Source: an uncultured Myxococcales bacterium (GTDB taxonomy: Bacteria > Myxococcota_A > Bradymonadia > UBA7976 > VGTA01). Taken from it: a stretch of DNA of 64,000 nt. The stretch covers positions 144,498-208,497 of the forward strand of contig CAKZRU010000060.1 of assembly GCA_937146725.1 (NCBI GenBank). The letters run 5' to 3'. Made by a program: the position numbers and the translations under genes. Positions 37,847 through 48,619 of this stretch are shown here, in pieces. How positions within the stretch are numbered: the first letter of the stretch is position 1; each line of letters opens with the position of its first letter. The notes beneath the pieces were generated by a model. The model saw only the letters and a program-made list of their open reading frames with translations, ran no database searches and was not told the origin of the DNA.

Positions 37847-38616
37847 ATCTTGATACCTTAGGTAATGTTCTCAAACTAAATAAACTATTCTTGATACTAG
37901 CGATGAGTATAGGTCTGAATGTAGCTTGCCAAAAAGACGAAGCTACTCCTCAAACTGCTGTTATCGATCAAAGTCAGCAAAATAAAGATGAGGCTCACAT
38001 CAAAGCCTTGGCCTCAGCGCTTAATCTAAAAGCCTATTCTGAAGAAGAAAAGGTCACTCATCGTTTACAAAACTTGGCGACCACTCATCAAGCTAAATTA
38101 CAAGGTCTTGAGCATCGCCTTAAAACCAAGTCTTCAACTTTACGTAAACTTAGTAAACTTCATCATGATGCGCCACAGCTCCCCCTTGAAAAGCTTAAAA
38201 TCAGCGACGCGCTTCGTTACACAATGGAAGTGGCAGATCAACCCGAAGGTCACTATGTGGCTACGGTCACCGCTGTGCTGAAAGATCTAGAATCGCAAGG
38301 TTATAAGGTGATCAAGGTCAAAAATTATTGGCCCAAGGGAGACAATTACTCAGGTGTGAATACTGTGCTTGCCAGTAGCGACGGTTTTGAATGGGAACTG
38401 CAATTTCACACTCCCGCCTCTTACCAAGAGGCTAAAAAAAGTCATATTCAATATGAAAAACTTAGAGCTTTGACAACACCCTTGGCCGAAAGACAAAAAC
38501 TTTTTGAGGCGATGGCTCAACCCTGGGAAGAAATCGCTGTTCCAAAAGATGTCTTAGTTCCACATAATCTACATCAAGTTGAAGCGATCAAAAAGTGGGA
38601 TGCACCCACTGAGTAA
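37843..38616 (+). CDS. hypothetical lipoprotein (257 aa), translationally coupled to the hydrolase
   Basis: Signal peptide with lipobox LNVACQKDE. 4-bp overlap with the upstream gene. Confidence 0.5.
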   Translation: MNLDTLGNVLKLNKLFLILAMSIGLNVACQKDEATPQTAVIDQSQQNKDEAHIKALASALNLKAYSEEEKVTHRLQNLATTHQAKLQGLEHRLKTKSSTLRKLSKLHHDAPQLPLEKLKISDALRYTMEVADQPEGHYVATVTAVLKDLESQGYKVIKVKNYWPKGDNYSGVNTVLASSDGFEWELQFHTPASYQEAKKSHIQYEKLRALTTPLAERQKLFEAMAQPWEEIAVPKDVLVPHNLHQVEAIKKWDAPTE

Positions 38617-38673
38617 GTTTACTACTAGCATTGAATCGCTGAGTTGATTGAACCGGTTTAATACCAACAAGTG

Positions 38674-39984
38674 CTAGTAACATTGCTCATTGATTTTGAG
38701 GCGGTCGACTCGGTGAAAATTACCGTGTATGCCACTACCGGCTGCAATGGAAAGAACACCTCCCTTAAAACGTAGATCGGGGAGTTCGGCATCAATTAAG
38801 GTTTGCTCATCAATACTGAGTTCGATCCGAGTGCCGACAATGGTTAAGTGGGCTATATGCCATAACCCATCATCAAGAGCGGGAAAAGCTGTCCAACGGT
38901 CATTATATTCTTCACCTACCGGACCTAAGTGACAGTAGCTACCGCTTGCATCTGGTTCACCATGAATCGCTTTATGGCCATTAAAAAGTAAGGAGACATG
39001 ATTCACTGTGGTTGGTTCTTCATGCTGATTACCGCAGCCATCATATTCACTTTCACTGCCACAAGGTGTGCAAGTATTTGAATATGTATCGAAAACAACA
39101 TGAAAGGACTCGGCTCGTGTGCGTCCTTGCTCGGCTAATTTGGCCGGTGTTGTTACATGCCCTAAGCCACTTGTCGCCTCCCACAATGAATCGAGTTCTT
39201 GTGGTCTAACATCCCAAAAGTTAATCGAAAAACCACCACCAGCATTGATTCGGTTGATCTCGCATTCACCCGGCTCATTACACTTACTTGTACTAAAGGC
39301 AAACTCTAGATCTAAATCTCCAGCTCTTACCGGTGAACCGGACCAAAAAATAGCGCCTCGGGTATTGAGTTGGTTTTGCGTTAGTTCTAGCCAACCCCTT
39401 TCATCACGAATCGCGGGTCCCTTGCTGAGCCACATTGCAGGGTCGAGCGCTTCATCAAAGTCATTGACCATTGGGCAAGATACTGTGAAGTTTCTGATCA
39501 GTTCTTGCTGATGATCGGGAGCCATAGCAGCCGAGATCTTAATACTATGCTCACCCGGTGTAGGTTGGCTAATAATTACGGTAGTTAAGCCTGTCTCACG
39601 ATCAAATAAAAGAGGCAAGCTTTCCGCTTCATCATACACAGCTTCAACCCCTACAAAAGCCAAGCTAGAGCCTTCAGCTGTGACTTGACCTCTGACCACA
39701 ATGTCATCATTGGTTGAATAGCTCATGCCTTCACTAGGAGAGTTTAAACTTAAACTTAAACTCGTAAGCGCCATATCAGCCATGCTGAGATCAAGATCAT
39801 CGCTAGACTCTCCGGCAGTATTTCCTGCTTCTTGCTCTGCGCTTTGCCCTGCAGTCTCACCAGCAATGCTTTGATCGGTACCTGCAGATATTTCATTTGA
39901 TGTTGATGAAGTGTTCTCATCACAGGCAAGCCAAAAACTCATTAAACATAAACAAACAGCAATACTTTTTAAATTATACATCAT
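38674..39984 (-). CDS. lipoprotein with concanavalin-A-like (L-type lectin/LamG-like) domain
   Basis: Lipobox MSFWLACDE. Ser-rich linker. The C-terminal ~250 aa show a legume-lectin-like pattern (DPAMWLSKGPAIRDERGWLELTQNQLNTRGAIFWSGSPV...EFAFSTS...GGGFSINFWD). Preferred start is MMYNLKS. The track ORF extends to 40026. Confidence 0.45.
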   Translation of the reverse strand: MMYNLKSIAVCLCLMSFWLACDENTSSTSNEISAGTDQSIAGETAGQSAEQEAGNTAGESSDDLDLSMADMALTSLSLSLNSPSEGMSYSTNDDIVVRGQVTAEGSSLAFVGVEAVYDEAESLPLLFDRETGLTTVIISQPTPGEHSIKISAAMAPDHQQELIRNFTVSCPMVNDFDEALDPAMWLSKGPAIRDERGWLELTQNQLNTRGAIFWSGSPVRAGDLDLEFAFSTSKCNEPGECEINRINAGGGFSINFWDVRPQELDSLWEATSGLGHVTTPAKLAEQGRTRAESFHVVFDTYSNTCTPCGSESEYDGCGNQHEEPTTVNHVSLLFNGHKAIHGEPDASGSYCHLGPVGEEYNDRWTAFPALDDGLWHIAHLTIVGTRIELSIDEQTLIDAELPDLRFKGGVLSIAAGSGIHGNFHRVDRLKINEQCY

Positions 39985-40134
39985 GGCCTCAGTTTTAAAG
40001 TTGACCGGTTCATAAACATATTCCACTTAAAGTATAAGCAAAAAAAGATGAGCATAGTAAGCAAGAAAGATGGGATAATCTCAAGATCACGCTGTGCTAG
40101 AGTATAGCTGTGAAAACTAAAGGCTAAGAGTCGC

Positions 40135-42174
40135 TTAAACTAATCCTCGATCTCTCAGCAAAGCTTCTACCTGAGGATCTCGTCCTCTTAAGGTTCTAAA
40201 GGCTTCGGCCGAGTCTACAGAGTCTCCCTTGGAAAGAACCAAATCGTAATATTTTGTGCATAACTCTTGGTTATAAAATCCTTTTTCCTTAAAGAGTTCA
40301 CTCATATCGGCGACAAGCGTATCGGCCCACAGATAACAATAATAGCCAGAGGCATACCCTTCACCTGAGAATACATGCGCAAACTGAGGTGTTCGGTGAC
40401 GCATCACAACTTGAGAGGGTAAGCCCCATTCATCAAGTATCCTGCTTTCAAAGCCTTTGATATCAACATCGGCACCAGCAAGATGTAGTGAAAGATCAAT
40501 GACAGCACTCGCAAGATACTCAAGGGTGGCAAAGCCACTGCCAGCGTTGGCTGCGGCTTCCATTTTACTGACTAGATCTTCCGGTAAAGCTTCATTTGTT
40601 TGCGCATGGGTACAAAAACGCTGTCGAAGCTCAGGACTGGTAAGCCAATGCTCATTGAGCTGTGAGGGAAACTCTACAAAGTCACGTACTACATTGGTAC
40701 CGGCAAGAGTTCGATAGGGCGTATAGCTAGCAAGGCCATGCATCGCATGACCAAACTCGTGAAACAGGGTTCTTGCATCATTGAGCGAGAGGGCGCTTGC
40801 TTGACCAGCCTCGGGCTTTAAAAAGTTACAAGTGTTGAGCACAAGTGGTGGAGTACGTTGTTTTTCCTCATGATTCCATAGCTGTGGTCGATATACACTC
40901 ATCCATGCTCCAGAGCGCTTACCGGCTCGGGCATAGGGATCAAAGTAGAATAAACCAATTTCTTTATTTTGGGCATCATGAATATCCCACACTGAGATAT
41001 CAGGATGAGGACTCGCCTCTTCGGAGGCGGTAATCTTCCAACCAAAGCATTCTTTGGCCCCCCAAAACATCCCTTCGCGTAAGCGATCTAAGCTGAAATA
41101 TTGACTAATAAGTTCAGGATCAAGCTGATAGTCTCTTTGGCGGACTTTTTCAGCATAATAGCGGACATCCCAAGGTTTTAATTCTTCGGTTAAACCTTCT
41201 TGATGAGCAAGCTCTGTCATCTGAGCTAATTCTTGCTGAAAGGTTTTTACAGCAGGTGCCCACACCTTTTTAAGTAAGCCCATCGCAGCTTCAGGTGTAC
41301 CGGCCATAGTTTTGGCCAAAACTTGATGGGCTTGACTTGGAAAGCCCAAACATTGAGCGCGCTTTGCTCTTAACTCTAAAATCTCTTGGGCAATCTCCAA
41401 AGTATGGGTTTCGGTTCTAAGCTCTCCTCGTCCGTAAAACACTCGCCATACCTTTTCTCTCAGCGCTCGATGAGGCGAAAGGGTTAAAAAGGGCTCCACC
41501 GCCGAACGAGTATTTTGTACCGCCCAAAGCTCCGGTTGACCGTGATCACTCGCTGCTTGCTTAGCACTTGAGAGCCATCCGCTTGATAAGCCATCTAGTT
41601 CATCAGCATTAAGCCAGGTTACAAAGTCTTCTTCATCGGCCAAAACTCGATCAGAAAACTCAGCAAATAATGAACTCAGCCTTTGATTAATTTCACTCAC
41701 TTCGGTTCTTGCTTCATCACTGAGATGAGCGCCAGCATCTTTGAATTTTTCAATCATACGCTGGGTCAATCGTTGCTGTATAGCATCAAGAGTTTCATCT
41801 TGCTGAGCATGAAGAACACGTTGATATAAGCCTTGATGACTATAGACCGAGGTATGATATGCCGATAACTTAGGTTCAAACTCTCGTCTTAAAGCTCTAA
41901 GTTCTGGGCTTGAAAAACTACTAGACCAATTGGCATAAAGCGCTTGCACTTGCGCAAGACCCTCAGCAAGTTGATCTAAGGGAAGAACACTGTCGTTAAA
42001 ACTTCCCAAAGTATCTAGACTGATCAGTTGATCAAGCTCGTCTTGGGCCTTATTTAATCCCTGCTCTAAGGCCTCTTTTAAACTTTGAGTTGTCACCTGC
42101 GCTAAGGGGGGAATACCACCCATTGGTCCTGACCATGGTTGTAATAAAGGCGATAGTATTTGAGTTTGATTCAT
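40135..42174 (-). CDS. dcp: M3-family zinc metallopeptidase (peptidyl-dipeptidase Dcp / oligopeptidase A-like)
   Basis: 679 aa. HEXXH zinc motif HEFGHAMHGL with downstream E (EFPSQLNEHW). M3 family length and architecture. Confidence 0.85.
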   Translation of the reverse strand: MNQTQILSPLLQPWSGPMGGIPPLAQVTTQSLKEALEQGLNKAQDELDQLISLDTLGSFNDSVLPLDQLAEGLAQVQALYANWSSSFSSPELRALRREFEPKLSAYHTSVYSHQGLYQRVLHAQQDETLDAIQQRLTQRMIEKFKDAGAHLSDEARTEVSEINQRLSSLFAEFSDRVLADEEDFVTWLNADELDGLSSGWLSSAKQAASDHGQPELWAVQNTRSAVEPFLTLSPHRALREKVWRVFYGRGELRTETHTLEIAQEILELRAKRAQCLGFPSQAHQVLAKTMAGTPEAAMGLLKKVWAPAVKTFQQELAQMTELAHQEGLTEELKPWDVRYYAEKVRQRDYQLDPELISQYFSLDRLREGMFWGAKECFGWKITASEEASPHPDISVWDIHDAQNKEIGLFYFDPYARAGKRSGAWMSVYRPQLWNHEEKQRTPPLVLNTCNFLKPEAGQASALSLNDARTLFHEFGHAMHGLASYTPYRTLAGTNVVRDFVEFPSQLNEHWLTSPELRQRFCTHAQTNEALPEDLVSKMEAAANAGSGFATLEYLASAVIDLSLHLAGADVDIKGFESRILDEWGLPSQVVMRHRTPQFAHVFSGEGYASGYYCYLWADTLVADMSELFKEKGFYNQELCTKYYDLVLSKGDSVDSAEAFRTLRGRDPQVEALLRDRGLV

Positions 42175-42262
42175 AATGATTCCTATATAGTTAAATCTGT
42201 TTTATGGCGGTCATAGTAAACAGAGACTCTAGATCGGAGTTTAGAGTATATTTTTAGCTAAA

Positions 42263-42308
42263 ATAAAAAAAGCCTTTCGCTCAACAAGGTGAACGAAAGG
42301 CTTTTTTA
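42263..42308 (-). terminator. bidirectional rho-independent terminator downstream of sdhB
   Basis: aaaaaaa-gcctttcg-ctcaacaaggtgaa-cgaaaggc-tttttt. This is a perfect 8-bp GC-containing stem flanked by an A-run and a T-run. It sits between the sdhB stop (42395) and the dcp start (42174). Confidence 0.8.
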
Positions 42309-42394
42309 AACCGAACTATTAAGCTTACGATGACTTGTATATATTAACGATACAGACTCATTTAGCCCTAATAGTCATTTAATCTCAAGCATCA

Positions 42395-43168
42395 TTAGCT
42401 TAGGCTTGCCGAAATGAAATCACGGTTCATACGGGCAATAAAGTCCATACGAATGCCCTTCGGACAGGCCGCTTCACATTCACCATGATTGGTGCAACCA
42501 CCAAAGCCTTCGCTCTCCATTTGATTTACCATACCTAAAGCACGTTCTTTACGTTCTACTTGACCTTGTGGCAAAAGCCCTAAGTGAGTGATCTTTGCAG
42601 AGGTAAAGAGCATTGCTGATGCATTAGGACAGGCAGCGACACAAGCGCCACAGCCAATGCAGGTTGCAGCATCAAAGGCCAGATCTGCATCACTTTTTTG
42701 TACCGGAGTCTCATTTGCATCACGGGGGCTACCGGTATTAACTGAAACATAACCACCAGCTGAGATGATGCGATCAAAGGCAGAACGATCAACTAAGAGG
42801 TCTTTAAGAACCGGAAAAGCAGTGGCGCGCCAAGGCTCGATCCAAAGTTCTGCACCATCACTGTACTCACGCATATGAAGCTGACAGGTTGTTGTGCGAG
42901 CCTTTGGTCCATGCGGTACGCCATTAACGACCATACCACAAGAACCACAGATTCCCTCGCGACAATCATGATCAAAGGTGACAGGTTCCTCGCCTTTTTC
43001 AATGAGCGTCTCATTGAGTTGGTCAAGCATCTCAAGGAAAGAACTATCAGGGCTTACGTCTTCAACAACATAGGTTGAGAAGCTTCCGGCAGCCTTAGGG
43101 TTTTTCTGTCGCCATACATGAAGAGTGATTTTCATGTTTTTCACGGTTGTTTTCATTATTTGATTCAT
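42395..43168 (-). CDS. sdhB: succinate dehydrogenase/fumarate reductase iron-sulfur subunit
   Basis: Cys clusters for 2Fe-2S ([11 protein letters not shown]), 4Fe-4S and 3Fe-4S ([12 protein letters not shown]; [15 protein letters not shown]). 257 aa. Confidence 0.9.
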   Translation of the reverse strand: MNQIMKTTVKNMKITLHVWRQKNPKAAGSFSTYVVEDVSPDSSFLEMLDQLNETLIEKGEEPVTFDHDCREGICGSCGMVVNGVPHGPKARTTTCQLHMREYSDGAELWIEPWRATAFPVLKDLLVDRSAFDRIISAGGYVSVNTGSPRDANETPVQKSDADLAFDAATCIGCGACVAACPNASAMLFTSAKITHLGLLPQGQVERKERALGMVNQMESEGFGGCTNHGECEAACPKGIRMDFIARMNRDFISASLS

Positions 43169-43183
43169 GTCTACACTCCTTTC

Positions 43184-45124
43184 TTACTTATAGCTTCTCT
43201 GAGTGAGTTTAACATACTCAAAGTCGAGTTCTTCCTTGTGTAGTTCCGGTGCTTGGTCAACGCCCTTGAATTCCCACGCCGCTACATAAGCAAAGTCCTC
43301 ATCATTACGACGAGCTTCACCCTCAGTGGTTTGGTGTTCTTCACGGAAGTGGCCACCACAACTTTCTTCACGATTCAGTGCATCACGAACCATCAACTCG
43401 CCAAATTCGAGGAAGTCGGCCACACGACCAGCCTTCTCAAGACTTTGATTGAGTGTATCACGATCACCCAAAATACGCACATTTTGCCAAAACTCATTAC
43501 GTAGATTTTGGATTTGCTCAATCGCTCCGGTGAGGCCTTCTTTATTACGTGCCATACCACAGTTGTCCCAGCAAATCTTACCGAGTTCACGATGGAATGA
43601 GTCGGGACTGCGCTCACCCTTGATTGACATGAGTTTAGCAATGCGCTGGTCAACAGCATTTCTTGCTTCCTTGGCTGCATCACTGTCAGGTGATACATCA
43701 ACACGCTTAATGTCTGCACCCTCGGAACCAAAGTAGTTACCAATTGTTGATGGGAGTACAAAATAACCATCGGCAAGACCTTGCATTAAGGCAGAGGCAC
43801 CCAAACGGTTAGCACCGTGATCAGAGAAGTTTGCCTCACCAATGACAAAGAGGCCCGGGATATTGCTTTGTAGATTATAATCTACCCACAAACCACCCAT
43901 AGTGTAGTGAATGGCCGGATAAATACGCATTGGTGTCTTATAAGGACTATCGTCAGTGATGCGCTCATACATCTCAAATAAGTTTCCATAACGAGCGCTA
44001 ATCGCATCCTCACCTAAGCGATTGATCGCATCCTTGAAGTCAAGGAAAACGCCCAAGCGTTGTCCACCAACTTCAGGACCGACACCACGGCCATCATCGC
44101 AGGCTTCCTTAGCACTGCGAGAGGCAATGTCACGAGGCACAAGATTACCAAAGGCAGGATACTTGCGCTCAAGATAATAGTCGCGATCAGACTCAGGAAT
44201 CTGAGAAGGATCCTTACTACAATCAGCAGCATTTTTAGGAACCCAAACGCGACCGTCATTACGAAGAGACTCAGACATCAAAGTGAGCTTACTTTGATGC
44301 TCGCCCGATACCGGAATACAGGTAGGGTGAATCTGAGTATAGCAGGGGTTGGCAAAAGCAGCACCACGACGGTGTGCACGCCAAGCCGCCATAACATTAC
44401 AGCCCATCGCATTGGTTGATAGATAGAAAACATTCCCATAGCCACCAGAAGCAAGAACGACCGCGTCGGCCATGTAGGTTTCTAGCTCACCGGTGACCAT
44501 ATTACGCACGATAATGCCTCGAGCACGGCCATCAACTACGATCAAATCCATCATTTCGCTTCGGGTATGCATTTCAACATTACCACTTTGGATTTGTCGT
44601 TGTAGTGCTTGATAAGCGCCTAAAAGTAACTGCTGTCCGGTTTGACCTCTCGCATAAAAAGTACGACTTACCTGGGCACCGCCAAAAGAGCGATTGTCCA
44701 AAAGTCCGCCGTAATCACGAGCAAAAGGTACACCTTGGGCGACAGCTTGGTCGATGATATTTACACTAACCTGTGCTAGACGATAAACGTTACGCTCACG
44801 AGAACGGAAGTCTCCACCCTTTACGGTGTCATAAAATAAACGATATGCCGAGTCTCCATCGCCTTGATAATTTTTAGCGGCATTAATACCACCTTGGGCA
44901 GCGATACTATGTGCTCGGCGAGGGCTGTCTTGATAGCAGAAAGCCTTTACCTTGTAACCAAGCTCAGCCATGGTTGCAGAGGCGGATGCGCCTGCAAGGC
45001 CAGTACCGACAACTAAAACTTCGAATTTTCGTTTGTTTGCCGGATTGACAAGCTTCATATCAAAACGATGACGATCCCAAGCGGTCTCGATTGGGCCGGA
45101 TGGTGCATTAGATCTTAGCTCCAC
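43184..45124 (-). CDS. sdhA: succinate dehydrogenase/fumarate reductase flavoprotein subunit
   Basis: FAD-binding GTGLAGASA, covalent-FAD His region ([11 protein letters not shown]), catalytic HYTMGG; 646 aa (type-B/Bacillus-like enzyme). Confidence 0.9.
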   Translation of the reverse strand: MELRSNAPSGPIETAWDRHRFDMKLVNPANKRKFEVLVVGTGLAGASASATMAELGYKVKAFCYQDSPRRAHSIAAQGGINAAKNYQGDGDSAYRLFYDTVKGGDFRSRERNVYRLAQVSVNIIDQAVAQGVPFARDYGGLLDNRSFGGAQVSRTFYARGQTGQQLLLGAYQALQRQIQSGNVEMHTRSEMMDLIVVDGRARGIIVRNMVTGELETYMADAVVLASGGYGNVFYLSTNAMGCNVMAAWRAHRRGAAFANPCYTQIHPTCIPVSGEHQSKLTLMSESLRNDGRVWVPKNAADCSKDPSQIPESDRDYYLERKYPAFGNLVPRDIASRSAKEACDDGRGVGPEVGGQRLGVFLDFKDAINRLGEDAISARYGNLFEMYERITDDSPYKTPMRIYPAIHYTMGGLWVDYNLQSNIPGLFVIGEANFSDHGANRLGASALMQGLADGYFVLPSTIGNYFGSEGADIKRVDVSPDSDAAKEARNAVDQRIAKLMSIKGERSPDSFHRELGKICWDNCGMARNKEGLTGAIEQIQNLRNEFWQNVRILGDRDTLNQSLEKAGRVADFLEFGELMVRDALNREESCGGHFREEHQTTEGEARRNDEDFAYVAAWEFKGVDQAPELHKEELDFEYVKLTQRSYK

Positions 45125-45140
45125 GATAACCTCCTTAGGT

Positions 45141-45806
45141 TTAACTTAAACATCCAGTCAGAACTGAAACTGGAATTGAGATATTGCCAATGGTGATCAA
45201 TAAAGAGACACCGCAGGCGATATTACGTCGCAAATGATTATACTTGTCATGATTAAAACCAAGAGTTTGCATTAAACTCCAAGTGCCATGATACAAGTGC
45301 AGTCCTAAGCAAGCTTGAGCAATAATATAAAAACCAGCGATTGCAGGATTAGAAAAACCATTCACTACGTTATCGTATACTTTGCCATGAACAATCTCAT
45401 AGCCAGCAACTGGAGCACCAACTGTGAGATGTAATAGGTGATATACAATAAAGAGTAATACGATCACACCACCCCAACGCATAGTGCGAGCGGCATAAGT
45501 GGTCGCTTGACTCACCTGCTTGGCATAGGCCTGAGGGCGAGCTGCCTTATTCAGCTTCCATAATGAGAAAGCCGAAAGAAAGTGGGCGAAAACAGATACA
45601 AGAAGTACAATTCTGGTCCCCCATAAGAGTGCGGGCATCGAGTGCAAAAACTCAGCATAAGCATCGAGTTTTTCCGGGCCCAAGAAGATCTGTAGGTTAC
45701 CGGCCATATGGCCAAGTACAAAACCGATCAGAATAACGCCAGAGATGGCCATGACCACCTTTTTGCCTAGCGTCGTCTGATAGAAGCTGAGCTGTTGAGC
45801 GCTCAT
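45141..45806 (-). CDS. sdhC: succinate dehydrogenase cytochrome b558 (diheme, 5-TM) membrane subunit
   Basis: 221-aa polytopic protein with conserved His heme ligands, upstream of sdhA in the same orientation. This is the order of three-subunit type-B SQR operons. Confidence 0.8.
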   Translation of the reverse strand: MSAQQLSFYQTTLGKKVVMAISGVILIGFVLGHMAGNLQIFLGPEKLDAYAEFLHSMPALLWGTRIVLLVSVFAHFLSAFSLWKLNKAARPQAYAKQVSQATTYAARTMRWGGVIVLLFIVYHLLHLTVGAPVAGYEIVHGKVYDNVVNGFSNPAIAGFYIIAQACLGLHLYHGTWSLMQTLGFNHDKYNHLRRNIACGVSLLITIGNISIPVSVLTGCLS

Positions 45807-46105
45807 TCATCCTCCAGTGCTAGTGATAACCCTAACGAGGGTCAATGTTGAGAGTCTATATTGAATGATTAAGGTAAACTCAATCACGAGATAAGTATAA
45901 TAACCGCTCTTTCATACCAAGATCGATTCTCTGCTGACAACTGATATTTAACAGATCTTTCAATCCAATGCTTGGTTTCACCCTAAGCTTTACGATTTTT
46001 ACTCAAACTTAGGCTTGTTAAAGAGCTCATGTTTCGTATTAATAAGCATCATATTATTTAGCTTCTTGAGGTAAAGTTCACAGGAGCCTTTAAAGTAGGA
46101 GTGTA

Positions 46106-46393
46106 TTGATGTCGACCATTAAAGTTGTAGAGCCTCATCAGAAATCTGTTGATCAAGTAAAAGCTGGCCTAAGTCAGTTTGAGGAAATGTTTAAAAAGTA
46201 TGGCGTTAAACTCGCGTGGAATGGTGCGAAGGCCAGTCTAAATGGTCCGGTTTCAGGCTCGATTGCAGTCGGGACTTCAGATATTGCCGTTGAGATTAAA
46301 TTAGGCATGCTCGCAAAAATGGCAGGGATTGATGCGAGTAAACTTGAAAACTCAATTCGTAAGCGCCTCAAGGCGGCTTTGAGCGAACAATAA
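46106..46393 (+). CDS. polyhydroxyalkanoate-system (PHA granule region) family small protein
   Basis: 95 aa. Matches the PHA_gran_rgn family pattern (STIKVVEPHQKSVDQVKAGLSQFEEMFKKYGVKLAWNG ... IAVEIKLGMLAKMAGIDASKLENSIRKRLKAAL). Confidence 0.5.
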   Translation: MMSTIKVVEPHQKSVDQVKAGLSQFEEMFKKYGVKLAWNGAKASLNGPVSGSIAVGTSDIAVEIKLGMLAKMAGIDASKLENSIRKRLKAALSEQ

Positions 46394-46441
46394 GTATAAA
46401 AACCTTAAAAAAGATTTAACAGAGTTCTGATCGAACCGAAA

Positions 46442-48592
46442 TCATTCTTCTAGAATCTGTGTATTCTCTTTATTGGGCAAACTGAGTGTACGGGCCACTC
46501 TAAAGCCAAGATTAAAAAGTCTGGCATTAGGAGCTCGGTGGTTACGACGGGCAATACGAGGACGGTCTTGTTCATCAAAGGCCCCTCCACCACGATAAAC
46601 GCGATCAGACTCACTCCACAAACCTTCGGTATTTGTACTCATCCACGCCTGACTATCATTGGGGGCACCTTCATAGTTTTCATGCCATTCATCCATGACC
46701 CATTCCCAAACATTGCCCACTAAATCACAGAGCCCTTGTTTGGAATGACCCTTAGGATAGCGACAAACCCTCGCAGTCATTTCTTCACCACAACCTTTAC
46801 CCCTTACAAAATCAGAAAGATGAGCAAAGTCACAAGAAGCTGGGTCTGGCCCCCATGGATATATCTGGCGTTGACTAGAGGCGCCTTGAGCAACATAGCT
46901 CCATTCTGCTTCACTCAGCAGACGACCACCAACCCATTGGGCATAACGTAAGGCTTGATACCAAGATACACAGTTTAAAGGATGATCAGCTCGGCCAACT
47001 TGATCCCAATTACAAAGTTGGTCATCTCCCCAGTCTGAAGACTTCAGCCCTTCACTTGAACAAACACCTTGAGCCACACATTGCGCGTATTGGATGACGG
47101 TTACTTCAGTTTTACTCACCTCAAAAGCTGAAACCGGCACGGTATGTAAGGGTCTCTCATTTTCATAGCCCTCAGCAGCTAAAGAACCAATCACGACTTG
47201 TCCTTTTGGGATTTTGACCCATTGTGGATTTGGACTACTGGTGATTTCACGTCTAAATAATTGCTCTGCCTCTTGGGGACTAAGCGTTTTTTTTGGGAGT
47301 GGAGCTTCGCTTACGCTACTTTTGGATTGAGCATGGCTTACTTCCTTGAGTGGAATAGACTGATTCTGTGATTTTGATGAGTCTAAGTTTAGTTGCAGTA
47401 ACCAAAGTATCAAAAGCGTAAAAAAGATAACCGGTATCCACCAACGTTGATCCCAAATGGAATTCTCGGGCAAGGCATCAACAATGATGGCTTCCTCTAC
47501 CGATGAGTCAATACCGAGTTTCTCTGCCGCTAAAGAACCTAGCTCTCGCTCTGCTATGGCATAAAATTGTGGATTGCTTGCTGGCTGGGTATCTAAATCG
47601 CTTGGATCAGAAACAGATTTGGGAATAGATAAGCTCTCTTGCTCAATATCATGTTCAAGTAGGCGCTTATTACTCTGTGCACTGTCTTGTTGGTTTTGCT
47701 TTGAGGCTACATTAAAGTCAACCGTATTTGTTTTGGCTTGAATGGGTTCTAATTTGGGGAGGGCTTGTAAGGCCAAGAGTGCTTCTCGGGCACTTTGATA
47801 ACGAGCACTGGCTCTAAATGCGGTGAGTTGCTTTAAAAACTCGGCTACTGCTTGTGGACAAGCAGGCAGGTCATGTGAAAAAAAACGCTCAGCTTGTAAA
47901 CGTTCATCTACTCTCGCTAAGCTTAAGCCACTCATTGCCGAGAGTACACTCATGCCAATGCCATACAAATCGGTACTCATGCCATAACGCCCACGTAATA
48001 ATTCAGGCGCAATTTCACCACTAAGGGCTTCCTCATCGCTCAATGAGTCCCGAGTCGCTAGCTCTACTAAACTTGGTGAAAGTGGATGTTGCAAGAGAAG
48101 AGTACCTTCGGCCGATCGCCAAATGGTATGTGGCTGTATATTCAAATGCAGTAAGGGATCACCAAGTTGAAAGTCACGTTCGGCATGGATCAGTTCTAAT
48201 AAGCAGAGTACTTCTTCGATTAAACTGATCCCTTCATACAAGGAGAGAGGCTCTTGTAGACTTGCCAGAGATGCGCCTTGAGTAAGTGATTCAACCCAAC
48301 ATAAATGATGAGCTTCCCAAAAAATATCTAAGGTATGAGGCCTGCCGGCTATAACACCTCGCCAACGGTCAAGTTCCTTAAGAACCGCTCTTTTTTCTCG
48401 TTCTTGTCGACTTTCTGTAAACTCTTTCAGTTGAGGACGTGTATAGCATTTGATTTGACATAAACCTTTGGGGCCTTGAGTTTTCCAGACTTGTCGAGCT
48501 TCATCAATAGGCGAAATGAGAGTATAAGCCTCATTTGGACCGATCTTTTCATGGGGCTTAAGAATAGTGTTGCTATTTGTCTGTACCATCAT
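46442..48592 (-). CDS. bitopic membrane protein: degenerate Ser/Thr-kinase-like (pseudokinase) N-domain, TM helix, C-terminal formylglycine-generating-enzyme (FGE/SUMF1) domain
   Basis: The N-domain has a kinase-like layout but HRD is replaced by HAERDFQLGDP and DFG is missing. TM segment WWIPVIFFTLLILWLL. C-terminal FGE-sulfatase motifs HPLNCVSWYQALRYAQW, GNVWEWVMDEW, RVYRGGGAFD, RRNHRAPNARLFNLGFRVAR. Confidence 0.75.
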   Translation of the reverse strand: MMVQTNSNTILKPHEKIGPNEAYTLISPIDEARQVWKTQGPKGLCQIKCYTRPQLKEFTESRQEREKRAVLKELDRWRGVIAGRPHTLDIFWEAHHLCWVESLTQGASLASLQEPLSLYEGISLIEEVLCLLELIHAERDFQLGDPLLHLNIQPHTIWRSAEGTLLLQHPLSPSLVELATRDSLSDEEALSGEIAPELLRGRYGMSTDLYGIGMSVLSAMSGLSLARVDERLQAERFFSHDLPACPQAVAEFLKQLTAFRASARYQSAREALLALQALPKLEPIQAKTNTVDFNVASKQNQQDSAQSNKRLLEHDIEQESLSIPKSVSDPSDLDTQPASNPQFYAIAERELGSLAAEKLGIDSSVEEAIIVDALPENSIWDQRWWIPVIFFTLLILWLLQLNLDSSKSQNQSIPLKEVSHAQSKSSVSEAPLPKKTLSPQEAEQLFRREITSSPNPQWVKIPKGQVVIGSLAAEGYENERPLHTVPVSAFEVSKTEVTVIQYAQCVAQGVCSSEGLKSSDWGDDQLCNWDQVGRADHPLNCVSWYQALRYAQWVGGRLLSEAEWSYVAQGASSQRQIYPWGPDPASCDFAHLSDFVRGKGCGEEMTARVCRYPKGHSKQGLCDLVGNVWEWVMDEWHENYEGAPNDSQAWMSTNTEGLWSESDRVYRGGGAFDEQDRPRIARRNHRAPNARLFNLGFRVARTLSLPNKENTQILEE

Positions 48593-48619
48593 TTCCTCAA
48601 TTTAGGACAAGCCTAGAGC

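Noticed and set aside
43253-44419. + strand ORFs (83-127 aa) and same-strand fragments within sdhA
   Set aside because: Shadow ORFs inside a highly conserved flavoprotein gene.
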